This document shows positions 41,011-54,120 of a stretch of 64,000 nucleotides of DNA, one piece after another. The notes beneath the pieces were generated by a model. That model searched no databases and was not told where the DNA came from. It was given only the letters and a program-made list of their open reading frames with translations. The stretch's first letter is position 1. Every line of letters starts with the position of its first letter. Where the stretch lies: NCBI GenBank assembly GCA_951406725.2, contig OX597829.1, positions 34,720,001 through 34,784,000 of the forward strand, read 5' to 3'. Source of the DNA: Octopus vulgaris (lineage: Eukaryota). A program made the position numbers and the translations under genes.

Positions 41011-42417
41011 TATGCACACACAGATTTTTTAAAAAGACTCAGTCCACTCAACTGGGTGGTTGGTGTTAGGAAGGGCATCCAACCATAAAAACCCTGCCAA
41101 AACAGATACAGGAGTCTGATGCAGGCTTCTGCCTGGCCGGCTCCTGTCAAACCGTCCAACCCATACCAGCATGGAAAGTGGACATTAAATGAAGATGATG
41201 ATATAAATGATTAATCTATATCTATTTAGTATGTAAAAAAAAGATTAGCTGGAGGATCATAAAGAATAGGATTATTCTTCTTGTCACCAATCCTTGTTTG
41301 CTTCCAAGCAACAGTCCTGCTGTATATAGGTCACATGGTTTTCTGTTACCTGTACATACCTTAGCTTTATTCAATATACCACATTTTAGTTCATAGGATA
41401 TCTGTAGTTGCACCCTATGGACTGAAATACCTAGAGAGTGACATTGAATTTTTTTTTCTGAGTATTGGAAGGAGTGGTATTTTACCTTAAAGTTACAAGC
41501 AATTAAATCTGTATAAACTTTGTTAGAATTGTATGGTTTACTAAACATTTGTAAACTTATCCTTAGCCTAAGCTTCTCAGTTTAGGGAACGCTTTGGAAT
41601 TGGTGCAGTTGCTAAAATTATTGCTCCTACTTATAGATAGAATTTAGTCATGTTAGAAGAAGCAATATTTTCAGCTAGCTTAGATGCAGTGGAATAGAAA
41701 AGTCTGACAGCATTTTTATTAAAGATTATATAGTGTTTATGCTGAGGGAGAGTTATGCCAAAGTATATGAATATTTTTGAGGCAGGAGTAGTTAAACCCG
41801 TATAGGGAAGACGATAATGCCAACAGATATGTTTTTGTAGATCTGTACTATTCCTAATTCTCTTTGCAGGTGGTATGTAGTAAATCTTTTCTGCAAACTT
41901 ACATCATACCCTCATGGATGGTCATTAGTGGAAATATATGAAACATTCCAAACATAAGTCTTGTATTTTTTGTTAAGGCATATTATCATTGTGTGCTGCT
42001 GCCCTTCTGTTGTTTATAATTTTCATTTGCATTACTAATGTCATAAATCATTGATATAAACATTCTTATCTCTTTTCATGTGATAACAAATTGAAATAGC
42101 CCATGTGTGCAGTAAGATCAATATTATGAATAAAAGAATATACATACTACAATGGGAATGTACTGTGTCCTTATTACAGCGTAGTCTGATATTTTGATTG
42201 GCTAGGCAGAGAAAGTGATATATGATTATGGTTGCGTGACACACAAGGACATGCATGCACACTATACACACACTCACAAATACATACATGCACATATGCA
42301 CCCTATATGTACACACATACACATTTACACTATACATATATAATACTTATGAAAATTCTTGAATCAAATATCAAGAAGACAAGAAATCTAAAGAGGAGAC
42401 TCCCTTTTAGTTAAGTA

Positions 42418-44358
42418 CTAGCAGAGATACCAGGCATTGCCCAGTATAACTCTCAGTGGAGTAGTTATTCAAATGAACCAAAAGACTTCTGTCAAGCACG
42501 ACTATAGAAGTAACAATTTACAGAATTTTGCCTTTGAACATTCACTAGGAAATATCTCTGCAGTGGTGCTACCAGCAAAGATGAATCCGATGGTAACAAT
42601 TTAAACTTGGTGGCCCTGAAGAGAGCCTTGGATCTTTCACTCTTTAAAGTCCCAGCGGCAGAGCTGTCAGTAAAGAAGACTCCGATTAGAGTTGGTGGCC
42701 CTTAAGAAGTCCTTCACACCACTTTGGTGTGTTGTATTTGCTTTGCTTGTTATTTGAGATTGTAACCTAGAAGAGCATGTAAGTCGATAGCCACAAAAAC
42801 AGCCTTGGCAAGATCATGCTGAAATGTCAAAAATATGTGTAAATAAGATGTAGGAAAAAGTAGATTAAGTTAAAACTATGGAACATCGATAGCAAAGCGT
42901 GATTGCAACATATAAATACGGAAAACAGAGACATTGAACATTTATAATGTATAAAAAAAGCAACCTCAGAGGCATACGTGGACAAAAACAGCACACAAAT
43001 ACAGCAAATGTAAGCACTTATACAAAAGACAGCGATTACTTTTTGGCAAAAGCAAATAGGTTATGTCAGCTCCTCACTTGAGAGCAGCCAACATATAGTT
43101 GACCATGGGAAAAGCATGGTTATTCTAAATTAAGCCCTACAACTGTCAGCATCTGTTAATCGACATGGTGAAACTGAGCCAGAGAGGGAATTACAACCTT
43201 CTGAATGTGAAAGGAATGTCTTTACCAGATGGAAGGAGAGGTATCTTTGGTATGGCAACAGTATTCCCCTTATCACATCCTGTAAGTGTTGTTGCCTCAA
43301 TAACACGAGGCATCGCCTTTTGGGCGACCAGATGTGTGCCATTGCAGTGCCTGGGGGGGTTCCAAATTCCTGAGGAGCATGACGGGCACCATTCTTAAGT
43401 CACAATAAGTGTGGTGGCAATCTGGGAGGGTCTAGGAAATTAAGAAATTCTGTGGGGTAATTAACAACCTTGTCCGAATCAGCCATAGAGTCAAGGGACT
43501 TGTAAACGTGCAGGTTTCCAGGCAAACACAGCACGAGCTGTTTGCCAATATTGCGCGTTCACACAACCACTCTTAATTTGTGTTGTTCTCCTCAAGATTA
43601 GGAAAAACAGATGTCTGTAACTCAGCAATTAACTGATGTTACGTACCACACAAATGCACTGCCTTCCATGGTACTACCATGGGTTCTAGTGCGAAACAGC
43701 CTGCAACGCATGAGTGGAAACATGCTCAGCAAGTCGATTACCACTACAGAAATGGAAAAAGCAGTACTGAGAAGCCAGAAAAGCCATCAACAATAAATCC
43801 AAACTTGCGCCTCATCAAATTCAATTTTCTCGATAAATTCACAACATGAATGTCTCCACAACGCAACAACTGATTCACAGTCTTTTGTTGATCTCAACAT
43901 GGAACAGAACATGACGACACAACACCTACACAACGACTGTTCTTCAACTGACCTTTTTTTGTCTATTCAACAACTAACCTTTTTTGTCAACTTTATAACT
44001 GAACTCTTTTCCTGTCCTCATGCCAGCTCACCGTTTCCTTTTGACTGATGAACCTACATGAATTTCTGCGCAAGTGCATGCCTGCAACTTTATTTGTAGG
44101 CCATAAACAAACAAAAAATCAATTTTGGTGAAGATGGGAGGCAAAATGCAGTAGTACTGCTGACTCCAAGAGAGAGCCTTAAGGGGGTTTCTGCTCCTGG
44201 GGCACCACACAATTGATGTACAGAAAAATAAAATAGCCTACGACATGCAATAGGACTTCAGAAACCTATGTATGAAATTTGGTGCAAATCGGTTGTAAAA
44301 TGTAGAAATGCATGCAGTTACACAAACAGACAGACATCTTCTGTATTATATATATAGA
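42418..44358 (-). mobile_element. Helitron, internally deleted, both termini present
   Basis: minus strand A|TCTATATATATAAT 5' end; GC-rich subterminal hairpin then CTAG|T 3' end; A-T target; internal helicase relic. Confidence 0.9.
43060..43570 (-). pseudogene. Helitron Pif1-like helicase C-terminal fragment
   Basis: VNYPTEFLNFLDPPRLPPHLL, VMLLRNLEPPRHCNGT, FTMSIN, PCFSHGQLYVGCS with stops and frameshifts. Confidence 0.9.
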
Positions 44359-44524
44359 TGACTGTAGAGCAAATTTTACATATTTAATGTTTTGGCAAGG
44401 AGCTCCTCTGTCATGAATTCATACCTCCTATAAAATAAAATATCTTGTATTTAGTATGAGCAGAGTTTCTTTGTTAAAGCATTAAATCTTTAAATAAAAG
44501 TGTTTATCATATATATATATATAT

Positions 44525-44726
44525 ATCTGTAAAAATAATATGTGACAATTACTCGGTAGCCAAGAGAAAACTCTGAGTTTTGGATGCCAAGGTGGAAATC
44601 CACACCATCATCTCTTCAGTTATCTGGCCATCTGAAGAGATGGTGGTGTGGATTTCCACCTTGGCATCCGAAACTCAGAGTTTTATCTTGGCTACCGAGT
44701 AATTGTCACATATTATTTTTACAGAT
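44525..44726. repeat. Fold-back (arms of about 95 bp) of a hammerhead-like repeat
   Basis: 44525-44619 is the reverse complement of 44632-44726 with few mismatches. Confidence 0.9.
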
Positions 44727-44784
44727 AAATTCCTCTATTTATTGGGGTCTTTTTCTTTCTTTTGTTATCTTACCGTTTTTACCA

Positions 44785-44835
<51 letters not shown>

Positions 44836-44884
44836 TCCAATAGAGGTAGAATCAACAAAACGCACTCCATCCAATGAGAGATAA

Positions 44885-45105
44885 ATATCAATTTAAATAC
44901 ACAACCGAAAGAGCTACTAATAGTTTCATGCTTTTATGATACTTGAACAGGCATATTTATAAAATACACCATATATCTTAAAGCAATCTTTCAGTCTGAA
45001 AAATTGCTTTATGATACACAACATATTTTATAAGTATGCCTGTTCAAATATCATAATAGCATGAAACTATTAGTAGCTCTTTCGGTTGTGTATTTAAGTT
45101 GATAT
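44885..45105. repeat. Fold-back (arms of about 105 bp) of a second hammerhead-like repeat
   Basis: arms meet at tcagtctga; (TA)n-flanked. Confidence 0.85.
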
Positions 45106-45725
45106 ATATACACATACATAAATAGATTGAAAATGAAAGACAACCCAGCATAGCATGTTGTGTTACGCGAAGATATTTATTTCATAATAAAGAATGCAAA
45201 TAAAGTATAAACAAAGCATAGAACAGTTATGGTAGTTACATAAAGTAACTTTATTTATCTGCCATAACTGTTTTATGCTTTTTTTATATATATATATATA
45301 TTTTGTACTCTTTATTGTGAAGTGAATATCCTTGAGCAATGCCAGATGCTCTGCTTGTCCGTCTTCCATTTTTGACCTATTTACACCCGCTAAAACAGGT
45401 ACTACTTTGAGCCGCCTTCGATAGGCAATTTCAACTGCTCATTCCCATTTGCACTTCAAACCAGAGTTTTAGTGGTAAAATGATCTAAGCACTTGTACAT
45501 GCCTATCAATATATGTCAATTGACGTATATTACTTGCATCTTCTATGTATGTATATATATATATATATATATATATAATCATCATCATCATCATCATCAT
45601 TTAGCGTCCGCTTTCCATGCTAGCATGGGTTGGACGGGTCAACTGGGGTCTGTGAAGCTGGAAGGCTTCGTCAGGCCCAGTCAGATCTAGCAGTGTTTCT
45701 ACGGCTGGATGCCCTTCCTAACGCC

Positions 45726-45765
<40 letters not shown>

Positions 45766-46814
45766 TCAAAATAAAACAAAGGAATGAAGGTAGTGGAATT
45801 ACATTTATTAACCAGTTATGATAATTTCAATAACTACTGTGGAATTGTTATATCAAACAACATACTAGATCATATACTGAAAAATTACCAAAGTTACATT
45901 ATAATTATCATTTGAGTTCATACAATATTAAATGATAATTTTACCAGTCATCATGACTTTTGTGTATCATGACATGACTAAAAGGATCTCAGTCTTACAA
46001 CACTTATTTCTCTCTCTCTCTCTCCCCTCCCTCCCCCTCTCTCCCCCTCTCTCTTTCTTGCACACTTACACAAACACACATTTCACTCATCTGTCTCTTT
46101 ACAGAAAAAGAAGCACGAGTGACAGGAGTACTTAGTACTCTGAGACAGGTAGAAACGTTCAAGACTATATGACTAGGTCGGCAGGGAGGTAATAGAAGCC
46201 TATGTAATCTATAGTGTAGAGCAACAACAGTGACCCAGGATACACAGGAGAAATAGAATACAAGTATATCAACTAACTGAATGACATTGGGTTTTAGGAG
46301 AGTGTACCAGAAACAAGTGGCCTGATGTGGCCACTCACACATAGGAGATGTGATTCATCAGAGGGCTTGAGTGATGTGGTCAGGGGAGTATGGTGAGTAG
46401 AAAATAGGTGGTCCTGTACCAGGGAGCTGCATAAAGGAGTGATGGGGAGAAGGATGGAATAGGAGCTGTGGCTCCTTAAACTCTCAGCAAATATATAAAC
46501 ATACCATCAAACCAAATTGTAATAGTTATCATCTGAAAGTTGCAATGGTAAGAAACTTGTGTTGCAAAATAAACATCAAGATTTCAATATGCTATATATT
46601 TTACATGCATTGATTTACAACTATCACACACACATATGTATAAGGGCTTTTTTTAACCTGTTTCTGTCCACAAAGTCCACTCACAAGGCTTTGGTTGGCT
46701 TATAGTAAAAGACTTTCCCAAGGTACTATGCAGTGAGATTGAACCTAAAACCATGTGGTTGGGAAGAAAACTTTTTGCCATACCAACACCTATATATATA
46801 TATATATATATTTA

Positions 46815-47141
46815 CTCTTTTTACTCTTTTACTTGTTTCAGTCATTTGACTGCGGCCATGCTGGAGCACCGCCTTTAGTCGAGCAAATCGACCCCGGGAC
46901 TTATTCTTTGTAAGCCCAGTACTTATTCTATCGGTCTCTTTTGCGAACCGCTAAGTGACGGGGGACGTAAACACACCAGCATCGGTTGTCAGGCAATGCT
47001 AGGGGGACAAACACAGACACACAAACATATACACACACATATATATATATATACATATATACGACAGGCTTCTTTCAGTTTCCGTCTACCAAATCCACTC
47101 ACAAGGCATTGGTCGGCCTGGGGCTATAGCAGAAGACACTT
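46815..47141 (-). mobile_element. Young 5'-truncated tRNA-type SINE between (TA)n tracts
   Basis: CpG-retaining copy of the 16321 family. Confidence 0.85.
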
Positions 47142-47152
47142 ATATATATATA

Positions 47153-48300
47153 TATTGGGTTGGTAAAAATGTTTGTAGTGTTTTTTTAAGTAAAATTCAT
47201 TAACAATATTTAGATAGTTGTGCATACCTTTTACTCAACCACATATTTTCCATTTTGTTTCACTACCTTTCACCATCTTTGAGGCAGCTTCATAATCCCA
47301 TCCTCCCAGATGTTGGCATCCTTCTGGGTCATAAACTGGTCTAAGTAGTTTTTATATTCTTTTAAAGAATAAAAGTTCTTCCCATTAAAAGAATTTTGCC
47401 GGGATTGGAATAAATGATAATCCAAAGGTGCAAGGTCAGGTGAGTATGGTGGGTGGGGAAGGACATCCCATCCAAGCTGCACCAATTTCTGCCTGGTCTA
47501 CAAAGAAACATGCAATCTAGCATCGTCCTAATGTAAGACAACACCCTTTTGGTTGGCCAGTTCTGGACATTTTTCATCAATCGCCTCCTTTAATTGGTCT
47601 AATTGGAAACAATAATAGTATGAATTTGTTGTGTGGACGCCCCCAGACGATGAAGTAGGCTAGCCCAATACATAGATATAGAGGGAGAAGCCTAGATGTT
47701 GGTAGAACAGAGCACAGCTGTGAAGAGTAGACAGACTAGAGTAGAGAGTCGAGTTGAGTAGTAGAGAAGAGATGAGTAGCGGCCATCCAAATGTGCGACA
47801 TTACAGAATTTAACATTTGATTTTGTGGAAGTAGATCATGGTACACAATATCCTTCTAATCCTACCAGATACAAAACATTATCTTCTTCAGATACAGACC
47901 AGCTTTTGGAGAGATTGAAGGTACTTCATCTCATTTTGTTCAGGACATTTTTCATTTTATTTTTCATTTAGCTCCTATTCCATCCCTCTCCCCATCACTC
48001 CTTTATGCAGCTCCCTGGTACAGGACCACCTATTTTCTACTCACCATACTCCCCTGACCACATCACTCAAGCCCTCTGATGAATCACATCTCCTATGTGT
48101 GAGTGGCCACATAAAATGAAAAATGAAAAATCCTTTTCCCATCACACATTATCATTCTTTTCAAAAATGTATAATTTTTGTTTCATCTGAGCAGAGAATC
48201 GCAGTTGGAAATGCACTGTTTTAAGTTTTTTCCATTAAGTTATGAGGCATCCAAACTTCATAGCAATTCACATAATAATATCAATTCCTACAAGTAAGAT
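47153..48300 (-). mobile_element. Mariner relic with nested insertions
   Basis: WDVLPHPPYSPDLAPLDYHLFQS motif; TA + ttgggttgg terminus at about 47153. Confidence 0.85.
47627..47805. mobile_element. Short solo-LTR-like insertion (179 bp) in the mariner
   Basis: TG...CA ends with 5-bp target duplication GAATT (47622-47626, 47806-47810). Confidence 0.75.
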
Positions 48301-48664
48301 GTAACCTTCATTACAATTAAAACAGCTTAAATTCGTAACAATGGATTTAACCCAAATGCTTTGAATTATGCATTACCAAGGGGCCAGAATCGAAACATAT
48401 GTAGGTGCTTTTAAGTCTTATATTGTGCTTTTTAAAATTTATTTGTATTTATATATTAAAAACAAACTATGATGCAAATAAATTAACTATACATTTCTAA
48501 CTCTCCATTTTCTTACATTACTAATATTACCTATTATAACAATCCATAATGCAAAGTAGAAATTTTCTTCTAATGTGATTAAACTAGTGAAATTTCAGAT
48601 TTATTAATCCCTAATGAGGATAAGATATCCTTGAATTGACTATATATATATATATATATATATA

Positions 48665-49251
48665 TAAACAAGTCAAATTGCGATAAAATAAAATTAATTA
48701 TTATCGCTGGTGAAACTAGCTCAGGCCATATATTATTCATATATCAGTACATTAAGGCGAAATATGTGCTAGAAACACAGAAGCTAGATAAATTTAGTGA
48801 AATGAAAATAAAAACATTTACTAACTCGGTTCCTCTTAGACTGCAGTTTCGTTCTTTTCAGCAATAAATATAATTTATTTGCTCAGGGAGAATTCATCGG
48901 TAAGAGCCCTGTTGTTCTGAGATCCTAACTCACTAGAAGCATGTGCTTCTAATGATTTGCTCTCTCTAACTAATCAGATCACTGCGCAGACCCAGAACGT
49001 CCCGACAAAACTAGGGATTTCTGGTATATTGTCTAACGCTCAAAATTTATCGAGAAATATGTAAACAAGTCAAATTGCGATAAAATAAAATTAATTATTA
49101 TCGCTGGTGAAACTAGCTCAGGCCATATATTATTCATATATCAGTACATTAAGGCGAAATATGTGCTAGAAACACAGAAGCTAGATAAATTTAGTGAAAT
49201 GAAAATAAAAACATTTACTAACTCGGTTCCTCTTAGACTGCAGTTTCGTTC
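48665..49251 (-). mobile_element. Retrozyme/pLTR-like partial tandem element, 397-nt unit
   Basis: identical 190-bp direct repeats 48665-48854 and 49062-49251; (TA)n on both sides; hammerhead motif. Confidence 0.7.
48833..48906 (-). ncRNA. Type I hammerhead ribozyme candidate (variant core)
   Basis: ctctta-CCGATGA-long stem II-GAAAC-TGCA-GTC-taagag; 6-bp stem I; palindromic ACTGCAGT stem III. Confidence 0.7.
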
Positions 49252-49682
49252 ATATATATATATATATATATTGTTGTATTTGGGGATGGTCATATTTATA
49301 ATAAAGAAAAAATCTCCTTATACAGCACAACTAATTAGCATTCTAATTAAGCAGTGGGAAAATAACATAAAAAAAGAGAGAATAAATTTCATAAGTTAAT
49401 GTTCTTTGTCACTCAATATATTTCATGAGTCAGAAAAAAAATAAAACACTTCATAAAATTAAGCTTCATATACGACTAAAATGTTACAGGATGTTTCCAT
49501 ATGAAATTAAGCTTCCCTTCAAAGAAAGAATAATTAAATAATCATAAGAGGTCATCAACTTTTAATCGAAATATTCTTTTGCACTTTGGTCAATGTAGGC
49601 ACACTTGTTTAAGGAACACTAAACAAAAGTTGAATTTCCAAACAATTTATCTTTAATGAGCAAATCAGAGAAACAAACTAAT

Positions 49683-51078
49683 TGGATGGTTCACAATTAT
49701 TGGCATCTCTACAACATTCAATGATTAACAATCAGCAGTGTATCCTTTATGCTTAATAACTTCCTTCAATTTGCAGAAGTAGTTTTCAATTATCTTCGGA
49801 CACATATCAGAAGGACTTTTTGCCCATTCTTTAATTGCATATTCTTCCAACTACTTCAGGTTAGATGGCCTTGTTGCTTTCACCCTTTTCTTTAGCTCCT
49901 ACCATAAATTTTCTATCAGGTTTAAGTCAGGATTTTGAGTCAGCCATCAGAGTAGATCTATTTTGTTTTCTTTCAACCAATTTTAGATGAAAAGGGAGGT
50001 ATGATTGGGATCATGGTCCTGCATGAAGGTCCAACAGTGTCTGAATCCTATGCTTTGCCAATGACTAGGTTTACATTCAAAACATCTCTTTTTCATTGTT
50101 CCTTCAATTCAAATAAATTTTCTTGTGCCTTTAGCAGAAAGACAGCTCCTCAGCATTATACTGCCTCTGCCATGTTTGATGGTAGGGATGGTATTCTTCA
50201 GATTGTAGGCTTCTCCTCTTTTCTCCCAATGGTTGTCCTATTGTTGTGACCAAATAATTTGATTTTGGTTTCGGCAGACCACAGAAATGAGAGCCAAAAA
50301 CATTCAGACTTCTTCTGAAAGTCCCTTGCAAACTTTAAATGAGCAGTCAAGCATTTCTTCTACAACAATGGCACCTTCTGGGGACAGTAGGCCTGAAACT
50401 ACCTCTTCAGAGTTTGAGCAAATGTTAACCTTGAAGCATGAAGTCTGATTGGTGTCAAATTAGCTTTCATTGTTGTAGTCGTTATCTTAGGACCATTGTC
50501 AACCATTTTAATTAACATATGCTCATCTCATTCTGAAAAAAGCTTCTTGCTGGAAGAAATTTATTTTCCAATAAACCAGTATCTTGATGCTTCATGATTA
50601 TGTTGCAAACAGTTGATCTAGCTATAATAATATTCTTAGATATTGCCGTAAAACCATCTCCAACAACACGAGCATCAGCAATCTTCTTCTTTAAGTCAGA
50701 ACTGTGCTCCTTCACCTTTACTATGATGTTGCAAATAGAATAGTTCATTGCCCAAAAGAAAGTTGTTCTGTGTTATTATGTATTTTAGAACTTTCTATTA
50801 TTCAACACATATTCTTATATTGTAGCTCAAATCAGTGTTTTTCCAATACAATAATCAAATTGTTATGTAAGTGCCAATAAGTTTGAACAATGCTTGAAAT
50901 TTTTAGCAACTGAGATTACCATATTAAACATTGCCAGATGTCCTCCATTGGTAAATTTTATGCTTTAGTTGTTAACATTATTGTGCCATAGTATTTTTGA
51001 TGAGATCTAATTTTAACGAGAAATTCAACAAAAACCCACTTTTTACAAGGGGTGTCAATAATTGTGTGCATGATTGTA
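49683..51078 (-). mobile_element. Tc1-like transposon relic
   Basis: KEHSSDLKKKIAD N-terminus, [41 protein letters not shown]; caattattg(a/g)cac-type terminal motifs at about 49690, 50872 and 51053. Confidence 0.85.
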
Positions 51079-51314
51079 TGATATTATGCACATTATACAC
51101 ACACACATGCATATCGATGAAGACAGCTGTGTAAAGAAGTGCTGATCCTAACTCTGGAAGGAACCTGTGGAAGAGGTAGACCTAGGTGGCAAAGCATGAC
51201 CTTCAAATATTGGGCCACATAGAGGTGATAACAATTGATGATATGTTGTGCTTAGGAAGATTCATCAAGCCGCATGAAATCATAGGCATGACCAAAAGAT
51301 CAGCAACTAGCTGA

Positions 51315-51374
<60 letters not shown>

Positions 51375-51375
<1 letters not shown>

Positions 51376-51560
51376 TAGCAGAGATACCGGGCGTTGCCCA
51401 TGTTACATGCAATTGAAGAATTAGACTTTTCTGTTATATTTTCTGTAATGAACTGGAATATCTATGTTTTGAATTTCATCAAAATTGCAGATGAGGGTTA
51501 TTTCTCTCTTTACATACCCTAAAAAAATTGTAATCATGCCACATGTATCCCATACTACTG
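51375..51560 (-). mobile_element. Helitron 3' terminus (same family as 42418); extent uncertain
   Basis: actagcagagataccgggcgttgccca nearly identical to 42417-42443. Confidence 0.7.
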
Positions 51561-52499
51561 ATTTTTATGCGCATATTCCAAAATTCCAGTCATATTGAAC
51601 CTGTTAAAAAGATTTTGCTCCTGAAAAATGAAGGTCATAGAGCTCTAAAATGTGAGAGGCTCCTGTTGGGGGTGGGCATCTTAATGTCAACCAGGGAAGT
51701 TGAATTGTTGAGAATCTTTTTAACTTGGGTCTTATATCTATTGTTTAAATTTCTTTGAAATAGGAAATATATGTTCACTGGGTCTGTAAAAGAGAGCAAA
51801 GCTACAGGAAACCAAAAGACAAATGATCACAATAAGCAGTCAGCTACCCTACCCTAGTCATTATCACTCCCAATATAGGATTCCTCACCATCCAGGTGAC
51901 AGGCACAGCCATAAGATGCATTACAAATCTATAGCAATTGGAAGGGCATGACCCAACTGAAATAAATATTAACAACTGTGTGACGTGAAGGCTAAGGAGA
52001 AATGAAAGTGTCACCTCTGGAGTTTGCAAAAGACCACTATACTGATACGTAACTGGACAGAATAAATTTACAATCTATAAATGTCTTTGAATAACCAGTC
52101 ACTCATCTGGGAAGGCCTTGAAATCAATGCTACCATGTGGGGACTATGTGTGATCCATTGATAATAAAAAGACTGAAAGGAGGTCTGCAATCAAATAACT
52201 TTACTCAACACTTTGCAACTGAATTAGTGGAGGCAAAGATGCCTCTCATTTACTTGACAATTTATGCATCACATTGCAGAAATCACAATCTAAGTGTATG
52301 TCAAAGCAAACTGTTACACTGTTGTACCATTGAATTACAAATAATGCTCATCTTTTATGCTTGGGTAACCCTACAGCTTCCAAGAGCACAACTGTATTTG
52401 TTTTTGCTAAGATAAAATGACAAAATTGTGGGTGTTAAGTCCCCATGGAGGGGTCTTTCTAACTTGTAAGAAGATGAAATTTTATAAATATTACTACAC

Positions 52500-54120
52500 C
52501 ATACATAGACTCTTGATATCAAGAATGAAGACAAGTTTAGAGGGGCCAGGAGGGAAGGACAAAGAGTTTAAAAACGAAGAACAGGTTTAGTGTCATGGAT
52601 GTGTGAGGGGAGAGAAGCCACTAGTGGGGACAAGGTCACAGTTGAGGTATTTCGAGATCAATTCAGTGGGGCAGTTATAGACAGAGACAATGGGGTGGCA
52701 GGGTTGTTGGGCTTGTGGATTTTGGGAAGGAAGTAAATGGTGGGGGTGCGAGGAGTGCAGATAATGAGGTTAGAGGGAAATGGGAGGAGAAGATGAGGTC
52801 ATGGATAGTGGAGGATACAGTCTGTTGGTAGCTAGGCATAGGGTAGGAGGGCAGAAGGCAATAGAAGATGTCTTAAGGTTATCGGAAAGCTTCATCCTTG
52901 TAGAGGTCTGCATGCCACACCATCATGGTTGGCTGGTTTTATGATAATGCTTTTGTGGCATCAGAGACATTTAAGGAGCAAGAGTTTGGCTGGGGAGATG
53001 TTCAGATGTCAGGGATGCCTGTAAAGGTTAAACCAGTCCATAACACATTGGCAGATGCCCGCAAACCGATCAACTGCTTGGAACTGGCCAGGGGCTGGTG
53101 TCCAGTGGGATGGTTGGTAGCACAGGTCAGTGAAACAGTACTCTTCGCTAGAAGCAGATGGAGTGTTGTGGAATAGTGCATATAGCCTGAGACGGTGCAC
53201 GAAGCTATGAATATCAGCACGGGTCTAAAATTTGTGACTGGATGGAGTAAGGGGGGACAAAGCACAGACCCTAACTGAGAAGAGAACGCTCCGCCTCAGA
53301 GAAGGAAAGATCAGGAGGAATGGTAACAAGACTGAAGTGGGGAGGGGATGGATGAGTTAGATGTAGGAGGGATGGTGGGGTAGCAGAAGGCTGGGAGAGA
53401 GAGAGGAGGGTTAAGGTTGGTGTAATGGAAGGGTTGGGATGAGGATGAAGGGAAAGCTTATTGGGGAGGGGTGGAGTTGTGGCATCAGGTGTGATGGAAT
53501 GAAGGAGTGAGTGGAGTTTACATTGTTTAGTGTGAGTGAAATACTCGTGAAAAAGATGATTTAAATGGATTATGTAGTGTAGAGTAGAATGTGCATAAGA
53601 AGGTGAAAGAGGGAAGAAAAAGATGGAATAAGTGAGAGGGAGAAGGTGGTCGAAGGTGTGTATTTTGGAAAGATTGGAATGAATGGTGGCACGCACAAGG
53701 CAGTTGGAAGTAATACGGAGCATGGGTAGGATAGCAGAAGCAGAGTGGAAAGTGGGGTGGAAATGGAGGTGGAAACCTTTGGGAATAAGGTGGTAGTGAG
53801 GGCAGCGATTGAGAAATGAAACACAGCTAAAGAACCGTGTTTTTTCGAAAATTAGTAGGGAAAGATTGATAGATGTTTGAAAACAGCAGAAAGAAAGTAT
53901 GGAAAGGTGTTTCCTTGGGTGGTGGTGAAGGTGGAAGAGGAAAGATTTGTAATCAGGCATGATTGAACAAGGAGACAAAAAAAAGGGAGAAAGAAAGGCA
54001 AAGTAATGAAATACGGAGTATAAAAGTTCAAAACATTCAAAAGGCATGAGAAGAAAGTTCAAAAGACAGGTGAAGAAAAAGAAAAAAAAGAAGAGTAAGA
54101 AGAAGAGAAAACGAAAAAAC
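52500..54120 (-). mobile_element. Penelope-like element relic (N-terminal region and start of RT)
   Basis: ORF 53271..54122 ending DLSFSEAERSLLS; 52500-52760 reverse complement is homologous to 59590-59815. Confidence 0.8.

Noticed and set aside
46325-46370. Minus-strand CTGATGA with a cacat/atgtg stem as a hammerhead
   Set aside because: GAAA is replaced by GAGT and stems I and III are unconvincing
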